Below are positions 29,401-38,580 of a stretch of 64,000 nucleotides of DNA, one piece after another. Origin of the DNA: a virus. Lineage: Duplodnaviria; Caudoviricetes. The translations under genes were made by a program, and so were the position numbers. Positions within the stretch are counted from its first letter, which is position 1. Each line of letters begins with the position of its first letter. The notes beneath the pieces are model-generated. The model was not told the origin of the DNA. It ran no database searches and was given only the letters and a program-made list of their open reading frames with translations. The stretch lies in the IMG/VR virus record IMGVR_UViG_3300033066_000709, positions 1 through 64,000 of that record; one strand, written 5' to 3'.

Positions 29401-32400
29401 TAATAATAAATCTTTCCATTCCTTTTCTTTTTGTTGTATTGAAAAATATTTATTTGATGCCCAATATATTTCATCTACAAATTTCTTGTGATCTATTCTA
29501 TAAAAATATGGCGAATAAAATTTTGCATATAAATATTCAAATGGATATTCATTGACAAATGATGATTCAAATATTGAACATTTTCTAACATTAGAATTGC
29601 TTAATATCCATAATTCTGCATTGAATCTATTCTCATCATATATATCAATCTCTTTTAATGTTTTAATATAATTTGAATTAGCCCACCAAAAATTACCACA
29701 AGTTCTTTGTCTATCAGTTAAATTATGGTATGAATTATATTCATCATCAACAAAAGAAACATCATTATTATTTAATGCTTCTACATTCATTTTCCATTCT
29801 GTTATTGTAAAATGATTAATATATTTTCTCCATGTTTCCATATTTCTGGCTTTATTGGATGCACCCTTTGTATGGTAATAACATATATTAGCTTCCGGTT
29901 TATTGTCGCAATATTTCTTAATTATATGTAATGTTGGAAATTCAAAATTATTATCTCTTAATTTGAATGTTTTAATTTTAGGATATTTTAATACTAAATT
30001 TAGAAAATCAATTTCTTCTTGTGTATTTGGTGCATAATATATCATGTAAATATCAGTGGCGGCATCATATAATCCACCACTTTCTAATAGAAATAATTGT
30101 TCTTCTACAATATATTTCCAATCATTAACTAAATAATTATGCGAAAATACTGCAATATTTTTATCAACAGGCACTTGGTATAAATTCAAATCTTTTGGTG
30201 AATATAGATTTAATGGTTTATGTGGTATACTTGTTATCCAATTTTCACAATTACCTCTACCGCCAGTATCATCAACTTTTTTTAATTTTTTAATATATGA
30301 AATATTTGTCCACCAAAAGTTACCAGCAAATATAGGTGTTAAATCTGGATTTTGATCAAAATAAAATGGACCGATTATATCATAGTTATCCAAATTATCA
30401 ACACAATGTTTCCAATTTGTAATTGTAGTTTCTTCTAATTTATTTCTCCATGATATTATAGCATCTTTATTATTATTTGGATCATGCTCAGAAACTACAC
30501 CTTTTGTATGATAATATAATACTCTACCATTACCATTATAATTAGTAAAAATATCATAAATTTTATTCAATACATCAAATTCATAATTATTTCTATATAA
30601 TAATGATAAATGAATTTTATTATCCGAATCATATTTTTTAACTAAATTTACAAAATCTATCCATGAATTATTATCTTCAGAATATCCATAATAATTTATT
30701 GATTTAGAAGCATCATATAAACCTGATTCAGACAATTTATTTAATTGGTTTGATACAATTTCTTTCCAATTATTAATTAAATAATTATGTGAAAAAATGT
30801 ATATTGGATTAACATCATCTCTATATTCTTCTGGTTTCCAAACAGCTTCGTATAATTGGTTATTTTCTAATGTTGGAGATTTCATATTAAACCACAAATG
30901 AGGTTCCATTCCTATCCATCTCTCAGCATTCATTCTATCACTTTTTATATCAATAATTTTAGGCAATTTTTTTATATGAGATGATTTTGACCACCAAAAA
31001 TTACCACAGTACATATTTGGATACATTTCATGTGTATTATCATTCCAAAAACAACCAACACTATCATAACCATCTAATAATTCAACACATTTTGTCCACC
31101 TTTCTATTAAGAAATATTCCATAACATTTCTCCAAGAAGTCACAGCTTCGTGTGTAACATTAACATCAGAATGATTTTGTATACTTGTAACACCTTTTAA
31201 ATGATAATATAATACATTTACATCAAAATCCAAATTATTAATAGTTTCTTGTAAAAATGATAATGTTGTGAATTCATCTAAATTTTCTTCAAATTTTACA
31301 ACACTTATTTTTCTTTCTGTATCATTTTCAGAAATTACTGATATAAATTTCAAATAGCTTTCTTCTGTTGGAGAATATACACCGAAAAATATTTTATCTG
31401 CATTAAAGTATAAACTACTATTGAATAATTTAGATAATTGGTCTATGAAAATTTCTTCCCAATTATTAACTAAATAGTTGTGGGTAAAAATATAAATAGG
31501 TTTTTTATTCAAATTTAATTCATTTAATATCATTTTTAAATTTTCATCTTTATTAGATGTTAAATATTTTATGTTTGAATATTCATCATACATATTTCTA
31601 TAAACGTCTAAATTATACATTAAAAATGGCATATGCCATGAAGTAGCCTCTCTAATTACTAATGGATTAGTCTCCGTGTCGCCTGGTCGAGCACAAGAAG
31701 TAAATACGAATAAATCCATACAAGAATAAAAATTATCTACATCTGAACGTTCACGCCATAATATACAATTATCAGGTTTATTATCAACTATAGATTCCCA
31801 ATAATATTTAAAATTACCAGCTAATGAACCAACGAAATGAAATTGTATTGGATAATCTTGTAATTGTCTAGCATATTCCATTAACTCACCTTGGTTTTTT
31901 CTCTCGGTGAATATACCAACATTCAATACATGTTTTAATTTTGGATCTAATCCTAATTTAAGAAGTCCTTCAGTTCTATCAGGTCTATCTTTATATTCGA
32001 TTGGATATAAAACTATAGAACTTGGTATACCTAGCGATTCAAACTGTTCTTGTGAATATTTTGAAACAAATATAAAATGATCTGGTAAAAATATTATATT
32101 ATTTACATTCCAAGATGAATCATGCGTAGTTGCAATTAATTTATATGATCTATTATTAGAATATATCTTTTTTGCAATTTCATTATCCATAAACATTTCT
32201 GGCAATTCACCCATATGAATAACATCAGGATCAATTTTATTGATTAAATCTAAAATGATAGACTTATTGGATGATAAAGAGTAGAAATTTTTAGAAACTA
32301 TATCAATTATTTGTTTTCTATGCGTTACAAATTCATCACCATAATACGAATATTCAATTACAAATATCTCATATACATTAATCAAATTTTTAATTTGTTC

Positions 32401-32466
32401 AAGAACATATCTTGGCATTCCACCAGTAGAACAATGTGGAATAATTATCAATATTTTTTGTTTCAT
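26434..32466 (-). CDS. Giant multidomain glycosyltransferase/methyltransferase
   Basis: N-terminal GT4 (STGGMP, NVG..RKNQ, ETNPLVIREA); four HxKG...WR...GNFWW domains; three class I SAM MTases (EIG, IDxxHxY); C-terminal GT-like domain. Confidence 0.85.
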   Translation of the reverse strand: MKQKILIIIPHCSTGGMPRYVLEQIKNLINVYEIFVIEYSYYGDEFVTHRKQIIDIVSKNFYSLSSNKSIILDLINKIDPDVIHMGELPEMFMDNEIAKKIYSNNRSYKLIATTHDSSWNVNNIIFLPDHFIFVSKYSQEQFESLGIPSSIVLYPIEYKDRPDRTEGLLKLGLDPKLKHVLNVGIFTERKNQGELMEYARQLQDYPIQFHFVGSLAGNFKYYWESIVDNKPDNCILWRERSDVDNFYSCMDLFVFTSCARPGDTETNPLVIREATSWHMPFLMYNLDVYRNMYDEYSNIKYLTSNKDENLKMILNELNLNKKPIYIFTHNYLVNNWEEIFIDQLSKLFNSSLYFNADKIFFGVYSPTEESYLKFISVISENDTERKISVVKFEENLDEFTTLSFLQETINNLDFDVNVLYYHLKGVTSIQNHSDVNVTHEAVTSWRNVMEYFLIERWTKCVELLDGYDSVGCFWNDNTHEMYPNMYCGNFWWSKSSHIKKLPKIIDIKSDRMNAERWIGMEPHLWFNMKSPTLENNQLYEAVWKPEEYRDDVNPIYIFSHNYLINNWKEIVSNQLNKLSESGLYDASKSINYYGYSEDNNSWIDFVNLVKKYDSDNKIHLSLLYRNNYEFDVLNKIYDIFTNYNGNGRVLYYHTKGVVSEHDPNNNKDAIISWRNKLEETTITNWKHCVDNLDNYDIIGPFYFDQNPDLTPIFAGNFWWTNISYIKKLKKVDDTGGRGNCENWITSIPHKPLNLYSPKDLNLYQVPVDKNIAVFSHNYLVNDWKYIVEEQLFLLESGGLYDAATDIYMIYYAPNTQEEIDFLNLVLKYPKIKTFKLRDNNFEFPTLHIIKKYCDNKPEANICYYHTKGASNKARNMETWRKYINHFTITEWKMNVEALNNNDVSFVDDEYNSYHNLTDRQRTCGNFWWANSNYIKTLKEIDIYDENRFNAELWILSNSNVRKCSIFESSFVNEYPFEYLYAKFYSPYFYRIDHKKFVDEIYWASNKYFSIQQKEKEWKDLLLYILNNDIKTDNALEIGRYNGGTTHSLCQIFENVISIDIERQPNIDFLEQVNQNLTIITADSKDSETIEVIKLLDKKFDLIFIDGDHSYEGVKKDLELYNQFLSPTGIILFHDIIHSEWHTNMNCGVPELWDELKNKYNTHEIISTDRNEITDINIYNNILKSQCEKYEQFGGIGILTKAGRLNHLLKRRRMLLDYLDTPITNDFDTLLGLKEIADEFLNKNSVMAEIGSYAGVSSELFALHCKTIYCIDPWEYKGKEDINSFRAESEFDKTSSMYDNIIKVKHTSGYAVSMFEDSSLDLVYIDGCHDYECVIDDINNYLPKIKNGGIICGHDYKEQVKKAVDKILGEKNIRVYQDSSWLVKVDKDNLLNKKRIPWFDEVNGTNVLYGLDDLCKDFIKPDYIMAEIGSYAGVSSELFSNYCKHVICIDPWIEYGEMNSDEISNGEKLFDLMIKDKTNITKLKRYSNDAVNYFKDKYFDLIYIDASHKYNDVKDDITNWLPKIKNNGIISGHDYNNENVKRAINDTIGLDDIKIYSDSSWAKNVNIISVEKPIYIFSHNYLVNDWLSILDEQFIKLLTSGLYDKATKLYYSVYSESYKDFNDFIEKMLLYDYLNKVEIVKHEKNDREYHTLMFIKQFSNKINEDVDILYFHMKGVFSGNLEKHNKETVKKWRNYLEYFNIEKWKDCIEQLKTYDTVGCLYINMWFEKYGESRMYAGNFWWSHSNYIKNLPDLNLNDIEEWPMHLETWITKNPHSWYNFYTDVQKDTWDFYTYFPDESVWKDKKDTICVVTSHPNYRATEDTTIKCVQSLKATGRKVILGTHCEISDTLKNNVDYHVYDENNPMIKHDFYNRTWFNTEDYHVELNLHKFDNDTNHAIACHNNMYSGIKKAKELGYKYAIVTNFDLIFTEKDYHVFDDKLKQLRESGKKSYFMNTVENEGWTLKTIFFITEVDFYLEHFQYFKDETEYNDIIKKYGSETNCLENVYFNILSR

Positions 32467-32505
32467 CTGAAAAATCCTTCAAAAATAAAACCATTCATAA
32501 TAATG

Positions 32506-32513
32506 TATATATT
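32506..32513 (-). promoter_or_regulatory. Putative late promoter AATATATA for the glycosylation operon
   Basis: 40 nt upstream of the ATG at 32466. Confidence 0.5.
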
Positions 32514-32534
32514 ATAGTATAATAAGTATAAAAC

Positions 32535-33746
32535 TTATTTTTGTAGGTTAAAGCAATGCTTCAACTTTACAGGACTAACTATAGAGTCCTCTATCCCATT
32601 ATACCATAAGGCATTTGGGACTGCTTTTCTTAATATATTTCCTGCTGCCTGAACGTCAGCATTACAAATGATATTAGTTGAGGTTTTAAAGAGTCCTCGT
32701 TTAACTCTTTTGCCTTGATAAATTTCTTGTTTTTCTATAGGTTCATTATCAAGGAAAGAACACTTACTGGTGTAAGATTCTTCTTGGAGAATAAAGTCTA
32801 TAAAATGATCGTTGCATTTGGATTCTAACTTTCTCTTAAATAGAAAGAATGGAATTAAAACAAAATTTTGGTTGGTCTTAGAACCTAAGTTTATTTTTTG
32901 TTTCCAAGTTTCATTGTAACCACAAACTACAGTACCTATATTGTTTGATAGGCAATGTTTAATTATGTAGGATACAGTTTGATTTAAATAATTATTTATC
33001 CAATTAGACCTATTAATATTAAGTATTGATAGTCGGTTAGACCAATGCTTGTTATTCTTAGTTTTTAGTTCGCTTTGTATCTTAGCTTTACTCTTATTGT
33101 AAAATTGGTTGTATGCCTTTAAAGGCTTTCCATTCATTATAAATGAATGTCCAATATTTGTAACGCACGATGCAAAGTTATTTAAACCTAAGTCTATCGC
33201 TAAACACTTGGATTTGTCCAAGTTTAAATTAATATTCGGTACCTCATCGTATTGAATACATATAGTGTAATAATTATTTGGATGTGGATTTATTATTACT
33301 TGCTTAATAACACCTTTTAAATTAAAGGTGAATGGTATCCTTAAAGCATTAGTTATTTTAAGTTTACCTTTAACTAAAGAAACTTGGTCAGATGGAAGAA
33401 TTAATAAATATTTAGAATCTTTGGGTAAATACTTTGGAGATTTAACAGTGGCAGCATATTCTCCACGTCCTTTTTTCTGAAGTAAAGCAAAAAATGATCT
33501 AAAGTTTTTATCAACCAAACGAACTATTTGTTGGGCTATCTTGGCTGGTAAAGCTTTATAATGATCATTAGTTTTTATTATATGATAAACTTCATTGTAG
33601 CCTAGATATTTATTTGTTTCTTTAAAGTAACCATTAATAACATATAAAGCAGAATTATAAAGTTTCCTAGATTCAGTACACATCCTGGATAACTCCTGAA
33701 ATTCAGTAGAATTTAATTTCCTTATATGTTGTTTTAATGTCCTCAT
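32535..33746 (-). CDS. tnpB: RNA-guided nuclease TnpB, no tnpA
   Basis: SRKLYN, SPKY, AIDLGLNN, QNFV, EESYTSKC, KRGLF, NADVQAA. Confidence 0.93.
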   Translation of the reverse strand: MRTLKQHIRKLNSTEFQELSRMCTESRKLYNSALYVINGYFKETNKYLGYNEVYHIIKTNDHYKALPAKIAQQIVRLVDKNFRSFFALLQKKGRGEYAATVKSPKYLPKDSKYLLILPSDQVSLVKGKLKITNALRIPFTFNLKGVIKQVIINPHPNNYYTICIQYDEVPNINLNLDKSKCLAIDLGLNNFASCVTNIGHSFIMNGKPLKAYNQFYNKSKAKIQSELKTKNNKHWSNRLSILNINRSNWINNYLNQTVSYIIKHCLSNNIGTVVCGYNETWKQKINLGSKTNQNFVLIPFFLFKRKLESKCNDHFIDFILQEESYTSKCSFLDNEPIEKQEIYQGKRVKRGLFKTSTNIICNADVQAAGNILRKAVPNALWYNGIEDSIVSPVKLKHCFNLQK

Positions 33747-33819
33747 TGGAGTATATATTAAAATTTAGTATAAAAAAATATACAAAAATAAATATTTATA
33801 GATAGATTTAAAAATAAAA

Positions 33820-33849
33820 AACCCTACATATATTATTATACGTAGGGTT
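33820..33849 (-). terminator. Intrinsic terminator overlapping an ECF-type promoter
   Basis: aaccctac-N14-gtagggtt with a U-tract on the - strand. Confidence 0.6.
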
Positions 33850-33865
33850 ATAGTAAATGTTTAAA
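33835..33865 (-). promoter_or_regulatory. Phage ECF-type promoter TTTAAACA-N15-CGTATAAT
   Basis: Exact motif and spacing; upstream of tnpB2. Confidence 0.7.
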
Positions 33866-33870
33866 ACTTA

Positions 33871-34053
33871 TTATTGGTTAAGAGTCTTAACCCAAGCTTT
33901 GGTACCATCGTTAGCTGTTGTGTAAACATATTCGAATTTATCACCAGTATTTGTTTCAATAAATGTTGATAATACTGGTACACCCGTAGTAGGTTTAGAA
34001 TCTGTACTTAAACCTTCGAAATTCATTGGTCTTGGTATTCTTTTGATAGCCAT
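33871..34053 (-). CDS. Small hypothetical protein, possibly a virion fibre-type domain
   Basis: GLSTDSKPT...STFIETNTG...W; AATATATA at 34080-34087. Confidence 0.6.
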   Translation of the reverse strand: MAIKRIPRPMNFEGLSTDSKPTTGVPVLSTFIETNTGDKFEYVYTTANDGTKAWVKTLNQ

Positions 34054-34088
34054 TTTTAAATTATTATTTTTTATTATTGTATATATTA

Positions 34089-34262
34089 TTAATATTCTCT
34101 AAATTCTATTGTTATAGAATCATCATTTATACCATCCGATAATATTATATCAGCTTTTAACTCTTTTGCCTTATTTATAATAGTATCCGTCATATCTACC
34201 CTATCTAATAAACTCTTATCTACTATAGTAGGAGTATTTGGTTTTATATTATCAAAAATCAT
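34089..34262 (-). CDS. Hypothetical 57-aa protein (below ORF-track cutoff)
   Basis: MIFDNIKPNTPTIVDK...TIEFREY* fills the gap exactly. Confidence 0.55.
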   Translation of the reverse strand: MIFDNIKPNTPTIVDKSLLDRVDMTDTIINKAKELKADIILSDGINDDSITIEFREY

Positions 34263-34284
34263 AATTATTTGTAGTTATTCTTTT

Positions 34285-34644
34285 TTAATTAAAACTATGT
34301 GTCGGTAAATCGTGTACTATTTTTAATGAATTCAATATATCAAAATCAGGTTTTCTAGAAAACCAACTTGTAATACTATTAACAAATGCATCATATGAAA
34401 TATGTTTATGATGTATATTATTTATCATATTATCTATATAATCACCAAACTCACCATGGTCATCTAATAAATCATAATAATCTTTTTCTGCACGTGGATC
34501 ATCTTCTGGTATATCAAAATTTCTTAATCCATCATAACAATCTTTTAATTCTTTTGCATATTTAGTTTTTATAGTACTTGTAGAACTAACCGCACCTTCT
34601 GATATAACATATTTATATTCTTCGAAACTTATTAAATAATTCAT
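34285..34644 (-). CDS. Putative internal head protein
   Basis: MNYLISFEEYKYVISE leader. Confidence 0.6.
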   Translation of the reverse strand: MNYLISFEEYKYVISEGAVSSTSTIKTKYAKELKDCYDGLRNFDIPEDDPRAEKDYYDLLDDHGEFGDYIDNMINNIHHKHISYDAFVNSITSWFSRKPDFDILNSLKIVHDLPTHSFN

Positions 34645-34658
34645 AATTTTGTTTTTTT

Positions 34659-35240
34659 TTATCTTGCAATTAAAATTTTTAATATAACATCATCACCTGA
34701 TAGATTTTGCAATTCTATTGGTCGTATAGGTTTTGTTTTTGTACCAGATAACATTAATATTCTACCTAATTCATCCCATTGATGATATATTGCTTGATTT
34801 TCTACACCAGTACCATAAGGATCTTGTACTAAAGCATCTGGAAATCCATCACTATTATCATCCTCATAAACAAGATAGCCTTTATACCTCCAGTTGAGTT
34901 TTATATCATCAAAATCTACATTTGATAAGTGCCACAATGGTAATATCATTAAAAATGTTATACCATCATCACCAAACATACCATAATTAACTGTCATGTG
35001 TTCATCAGATGTCATTTCTTTTAATGTTATCTGATATTCCATATAACCATCTATAGGTTGAAAAAATTCTCTTAAATCTGTAGTGCTTCTTGTTTCCCAA
35101 CCTTTAACTACTGCTAAAGATGTTTGATCAAATAATATTGACATGATACTAACATCTGGTGGACATGTAATGCAACCTGATGGTACACTAATATGTGGAC
35201 TTCTCGCTTGAGGTACTACAGAATATGGATATGCTGTCAT
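34659..35240 (-). CDS. Hypothetical (possibly structural) protein
   Basis: 193-aa ORF. Confidence 0.65.
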   Translation of the reverse strand: MTAYPYSVVPQARSPHISVPSGCITCPPDVSIMSILFDQTSLAVVKGWETRSTTDLREFFQPIDGYMEYQITLKEMTSDEHMTVNYGMFGDDGITFLMILPLWHLSNVDFDDIKLNWRYKGYLVYEDDNSDGFPDALVQDPYGTGVENQAIYHQWDELGRILMLSGTKTKPIRPIELQNLSGDDVILKILIAR

Positions 35241-35251
35241 TTATAAAAAAT

Positions 35252-35722
35252 TTATTTTTTACCTATTTTAGATATAATATCGTTTAATTTTGTATATTCT
35301 TCTGGTGTTAATATTTTTTTAATAGAAGGATCTAATTCTTTTTGTACTTTTTGTAAATATTCAGAATATTCTTTATTCCATATTTCATCAGAAACTTCAC
35401 CAGGTGTTCTAAATGCCCTAAAATCTTTTTCTAAATTTTTTAATTTATTAAAAAAGTCTTTATCTTTATTTAATTTGTTCAATAAAGATAATAAAGTTTT
35501 TTTATCACTTTTATCTAATGAATTTATTTGTTTCATATTTAAATCATTTTTACCTGATATAAAATCTAAAAACCATGTTTTTCTAATCATATTTAATTTT
35601 ATTAATAAATATGTAACTAGACCCATTTTAGCACCTAATATTAATATTAATGGTATTTCTGCACCAGTTATTTCATTTAACTTTTGATTTTTATATTCAC
35701 TAAAATTTATTAAGTAATCCAT
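35252..35722 (-). CDS. Putative internal head protein with a TM segment (start revised to 35722)
   Basis: MDYLINFSEYKNQKLNE leader then a hydrophobic helix; AATATATA at 35741-35748 supports this start. Confidence 0.6.
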   Translation of the reverse strand: MDYLINFSEYKNQKLNEITGAEIPLILILGAKMGLVTYLLIKLNMIRKTWFLDFISGKNDLNMKQINSLDKSDKKTLLSLLNKLNKDKDFFNKLKNLEKDFRAFRTPGEVSDEIWNKEYSEYLQKVQKELDPSIKKILTPEEYTKLNDIISKIGKK

Positions 35723-35732
35723 ATTAATATTG

Positions 35733-36374
35733 TTATTTATTATATATTGTAGATGCAACTGGTGTGTCTATTCTTTCAGTTGTATATTTTTCACCATCAT
35801 TACTTACTATTTCTAGATATGGTATTTTTGGTTTATCATCCACTATTTCATTTTCATATATATTTATTTCATTTTCATTTTTATCAACTATTTCATCATT
35901 TTTGATAGGCTCATCAAACTTGAGGTAATCCACTATCGATTTCAAAAAGAAAAGTGATATTAATGGTATTGGTATTGAAACTAAACATGAAACTAATAAT
36001 TTCATCAATGTTTGATCACCTGCTACAAAATATGATACCAATTCTTGAAATGAACCTAGCCAATTTGGGTTCATTAATAAATGTTGATTGATATAATCAA
36101 ATGAAAAATAAACATTACCTAATATTTGAAATATTACTAATATAACAAATATAGACATTACCATTGATTTATTAACCCTATCAAGTATGGTAAGAATTAA
36201 AAGACTAGCTATAGAACCAAGTTCAAATGCTATAGCTAATGTTATTGACATCCATTCATGATTACCCAAATTGAATAATCCTATAAGGTGTATTGTACTT
36301 ATTAGTGATGATAAAAATGGTATAGATACAAATGTACCTATTATAAATTTTCTTATTAAATCTTTATTTAGCAA
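35733..36374 (-). CDS. Multi-pass membrane protein
   Basis: About four hydrophobic segments; TTG start. Confidence 0.7.
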   Translation of the reverse strand: MLNKDLIRKFIIGTFVSIPFLSSLISTIHLIGLFNLGNHEWMSITLAIAFELGSIASLLILTILDRVNKSMVMSIFVILVIFQILGNVYFSFDYINQHLLMNPNWLGSFQELVSYFVAGDQTLMKLLVSCLVSIPIPLISLFFLKSIVDYLKFDEPIKNDEIVDKNENEINIYENEIVDDKPKIPYLEIVSNDGEKYTTERIDTPVASTIYNK

Positions 36375-36390
36375 TTTTCTATTTTTATTT

Positions 36391-36747
36391 TTAATTTAAA
36401 CACATTGTATAATATGGATTTATTTCGCTTTCTGTGCAAAAATTACCATGATCATCGAAAAAGAATGATTCATATACTTCTAAATCATAACCATTTTTAA
36501 TTAAAAATTTGATTATATTTGCTGCTACATCTGGTGGTGTTTCCAAATTAAATGATATATTCATATTATCATTAGACAATATTATCATGAATATATCACT
36601 TATTTGAAATGATATATCAGTAACATAAAATTCACAAGGCATACTAATTATACAATCTCTCATTTTAAGTATTTCACCAGTTTCAACATATAAATTTTTT
36701 AATTTGATGAAAACCTCTGGTATATCAAATGGTGGCTCATTTGTCAT
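36391..36747 (-). CDS. Hypothetical protein
   Basis: 118-aa ORF. Confidence 0.65.
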   Translation of the reverse strand: MTNEPPFDIPEVFIKLKNLYVETGEILKMRDCIISMPCEFYVTDISFQISDIFMIILSNDNMNISFNLETPPDVAANIIKFLIKNGYDLEVYESFFFDDHGNFCTESEINPYYTMCLN

Positions 36748-37078
36748 TTGCTTTGTTTAATTTTTTTGATAAGTCGTCAAATCTTTTTTGAATATCTTGA
36801 TTTGACATCTTACCTTTTTGTATAGCATCTGTATATAATAAATTTTTTGCAAATTCTTGCTCAATCGTCAATTTAACAGTTTCATTTAATTTATTAATTT
36901 CATCTTTATTTTCAGATATTCTTTTTTCAATATCCAATTGTTTTTGATATAAAAGATTTAATCTTGTATTTGTTGAACAATTACTTAAAAGTAATAATAC
37001 AGAAAAAATTAATGATATATAACCTATAATTAATGGTCTCTTATACCACTTATCAGGAGAATTAACTATTACATTCAT
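36737..37078 (-). CDS. Membrane-anchored coiled-coil protein (possible spanin component)
   Basis: TM segment ending LLLLSNC, then a coiled coil. Confidence 0.4.
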   Translation of the reverse strand: MNVIVNSPDKWYKRPLIIGYISLIFSVLLLLSNCSTNTRLNLLYQKQLDIEKRISENKDEINKLNETVKLTIEQEFAKNLLYTDAIQKGKMSNQDIQKRFDDLSKKLNKANDK

Positions 37079-37096
37079 AATATTTTATTATTTTAA

Positions 37097-37127
37097 AAAA
37101 TAAAAGCCACTCGAAAGTGGCTATTTT
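37097..37127 (-). terminator. Intrinsic terminator with UUCG loop
   Basis: agccact-ttcg-agtggct-tttatttt on the - strand. Confidence 0.85.
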
Positions 37128-37129
37128 GA

Positions 37130-37729
37130 TTATTTGTTATTTTCTTGTTCTTCATTTTTGAAGTATTCTAAATTAGCATCTTCTATTGGAATTTGTTGTT
37201 CGAAACTATCATTATATATTATATATTTCTTTTCTAACAATTCTATTCTTTTTCTCCACTTAGTTGCTTCTTCGATTGTTTCGAATAATGGATCTATAAT
37301 TGAAATAAAAGTTTTTGCATAATCTAATCCAACATCTTCATGTAATGATAAAAAATATGCAATAGCTTGTACCACAACATTATCTAAATAAATACCATTT
37401 GTTTTTAATTTTTTAGATTCTGCTTGAGCTTTTACAACTGTATCATAACATTGAACAACACCATATGCATTTTTAAATTTCCATTTAATTTTATTTTTCA
37501 TAAAATCCAATAAATTATTTACTGCATTATCATCCATCCTAATTAAAAATAGATGTTTTTCTAAACCTTCAATTTCCTTGTCTAATTCTTGTTTTATTAA
37601 CAAGACTTGATCTTCTGTTGCAGTTCTTTCTAATTCTGATTTTTTTGTAGATTCTGCAACTGGTTGCAATTTGAAAACTGGAGCACCTTCTTCATTTAAA
37701 GAAGCCTCTTGTTCTGTAACTTGTGACAT
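37130..37729 (-). CDS. Hypothetical protein
   Basis: 199-aa ORF; AATATATA at 37763-37770. Confidence 0.7.
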   Translation of the reverse strand: MSQVTEQEASLNEEGAPVFKLQPVAESTKKSELERTATEDQVLLIKQELDKEIEGLEKHLFLIRMDDNAVNNLLDFMKNKIKWKFKNAYGVVQCYDTVVKAQAESKKLKTNGIYLDNVVVQAIAYFLSLHEDVGLDYAKTFISIIDPLFETIEEATKWRKRIELLEKKYIIYNDSFEQQIPIEDANLEYFKNEEQENNK

Positions 37730-37768
37730 TATTACTCTCGATAAATTATTAAATTGTTTTTGTATATA

Positions 37769-37996
37769 TTAATTTGGCAAAATAATGCCTGATTTGCGAC
37801 GTTTAATTTCTTCTGAAATTTCATATAATTGCATACCAGCACCAATAATATCTAGTTGATTTTTAATATTTAATAACTTTTCAGTTAAAATACCTTTTTC
37901 TAATCCAATATTATCTATATTATTCCATTCATTGAACAATTCTAAATATTCCGAAATTAGTTGTTCATTTTTTTCTTCTATTCTATCAAAATTCAT
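37769..37996 (-). CDS. Hypothetical protein
   Basis: 75-aa ORF with ATGA overlap. Confidence 0.65.
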   Translation of the reverse strand: MNFDRIEEKNEQLISEYLELFNEWNNIDNIGLEKGILTEKLLNIKNQLDIIGAGMQLYEISEEIKRRKSGIILPN

Positions 37997-38565
37997 TTCT
38001 TTTCTCCTTTAATGTAAATTTTTTCTTCTTTAATTATTCTAAAATTTTTATATTTCTTTGTTTTAAAAATGTTATGACCACATTGTAATTCTTCTTCAAC
38101 ATTTTTTCTACCTACTGTACTAAAAGTAGTACCATCAGGCCGTTGTATAGTATAACGTATAGCATTTACATTATCTATACCCTTTCCTCTACCCTTCAAT
38201 ACTTCTCGCATTTTAATTTTTGTTTCTTCGGTATGTCTAAATTTTAATTTCTTTTCATTTTTATTGTTTAATGATATAATTCTTCTCATTTCTATTTCAT
38301 TAAATTTAGCATCATCTAATGTTTTATTTTTATTTAATAAAATAATTATAGGTTCTAAACCTAACATAACTATATTGTTTATTTTAATAGTAATATTATT
38401 TTTATTTGCTGGTTCATTCATATGAATATAGTATGAATGTTTTTTACCTGTACCTATAATGAATGGTTCGTAATCAAATTGGTATTTTCCAAAAACAAAA
38501 TTGCCTGGTTTACGTGGATCTAAATATACGTAGTTATAATATTCTCCCATTTTAATATCCTTCAA
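37993..38565 (-). CDS. GIY-YIG-like/NUMOD3 homing endonuclease-like protein, possibly degenerate
   Basis: YVYLDPRKP...PFIIGTG; FRHTEETKIKMR NUMOD3 motif. Confidence 0.7.
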   Translation of the reverse strand: MKDIKMGEYYNYVYLDPRKPGNFVFGKYQFDYEPFIIGTGKKHSYYIHMNEPANKNNITIKINNIVMLGLEPIIILLNKNKTLDDAKFNEIEMRRIISLNNKNEKKLKFRHTEETKIKMREVLKGRGKGIDNVNAIRYTIQRPDGTTFSTVGRKNVEEELQCGHNIFKTKKYKNFRIIKEEKIYIKGEKK

Positions 38566-38580
38566 TTAAATTTAATAAAA

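Noticed and set aside
26434-32466. Diversity-generating retroelement or intein explanation for the repeated domains
   Set aside because: Repeats are diverged at all bases; no reverse transcriptase or intein motifs seen.
21482-33790. Extra TAnnTTTG boxes at 21482-21489 and 33783-33790
   Set aside because: No TTG at the -33 position, and they are plausible by chance at this AT content.
33871-34262. Phage ribosomal protein bS21 among the small ORFs
   Set aside because: None has the basic bS21 pattern.
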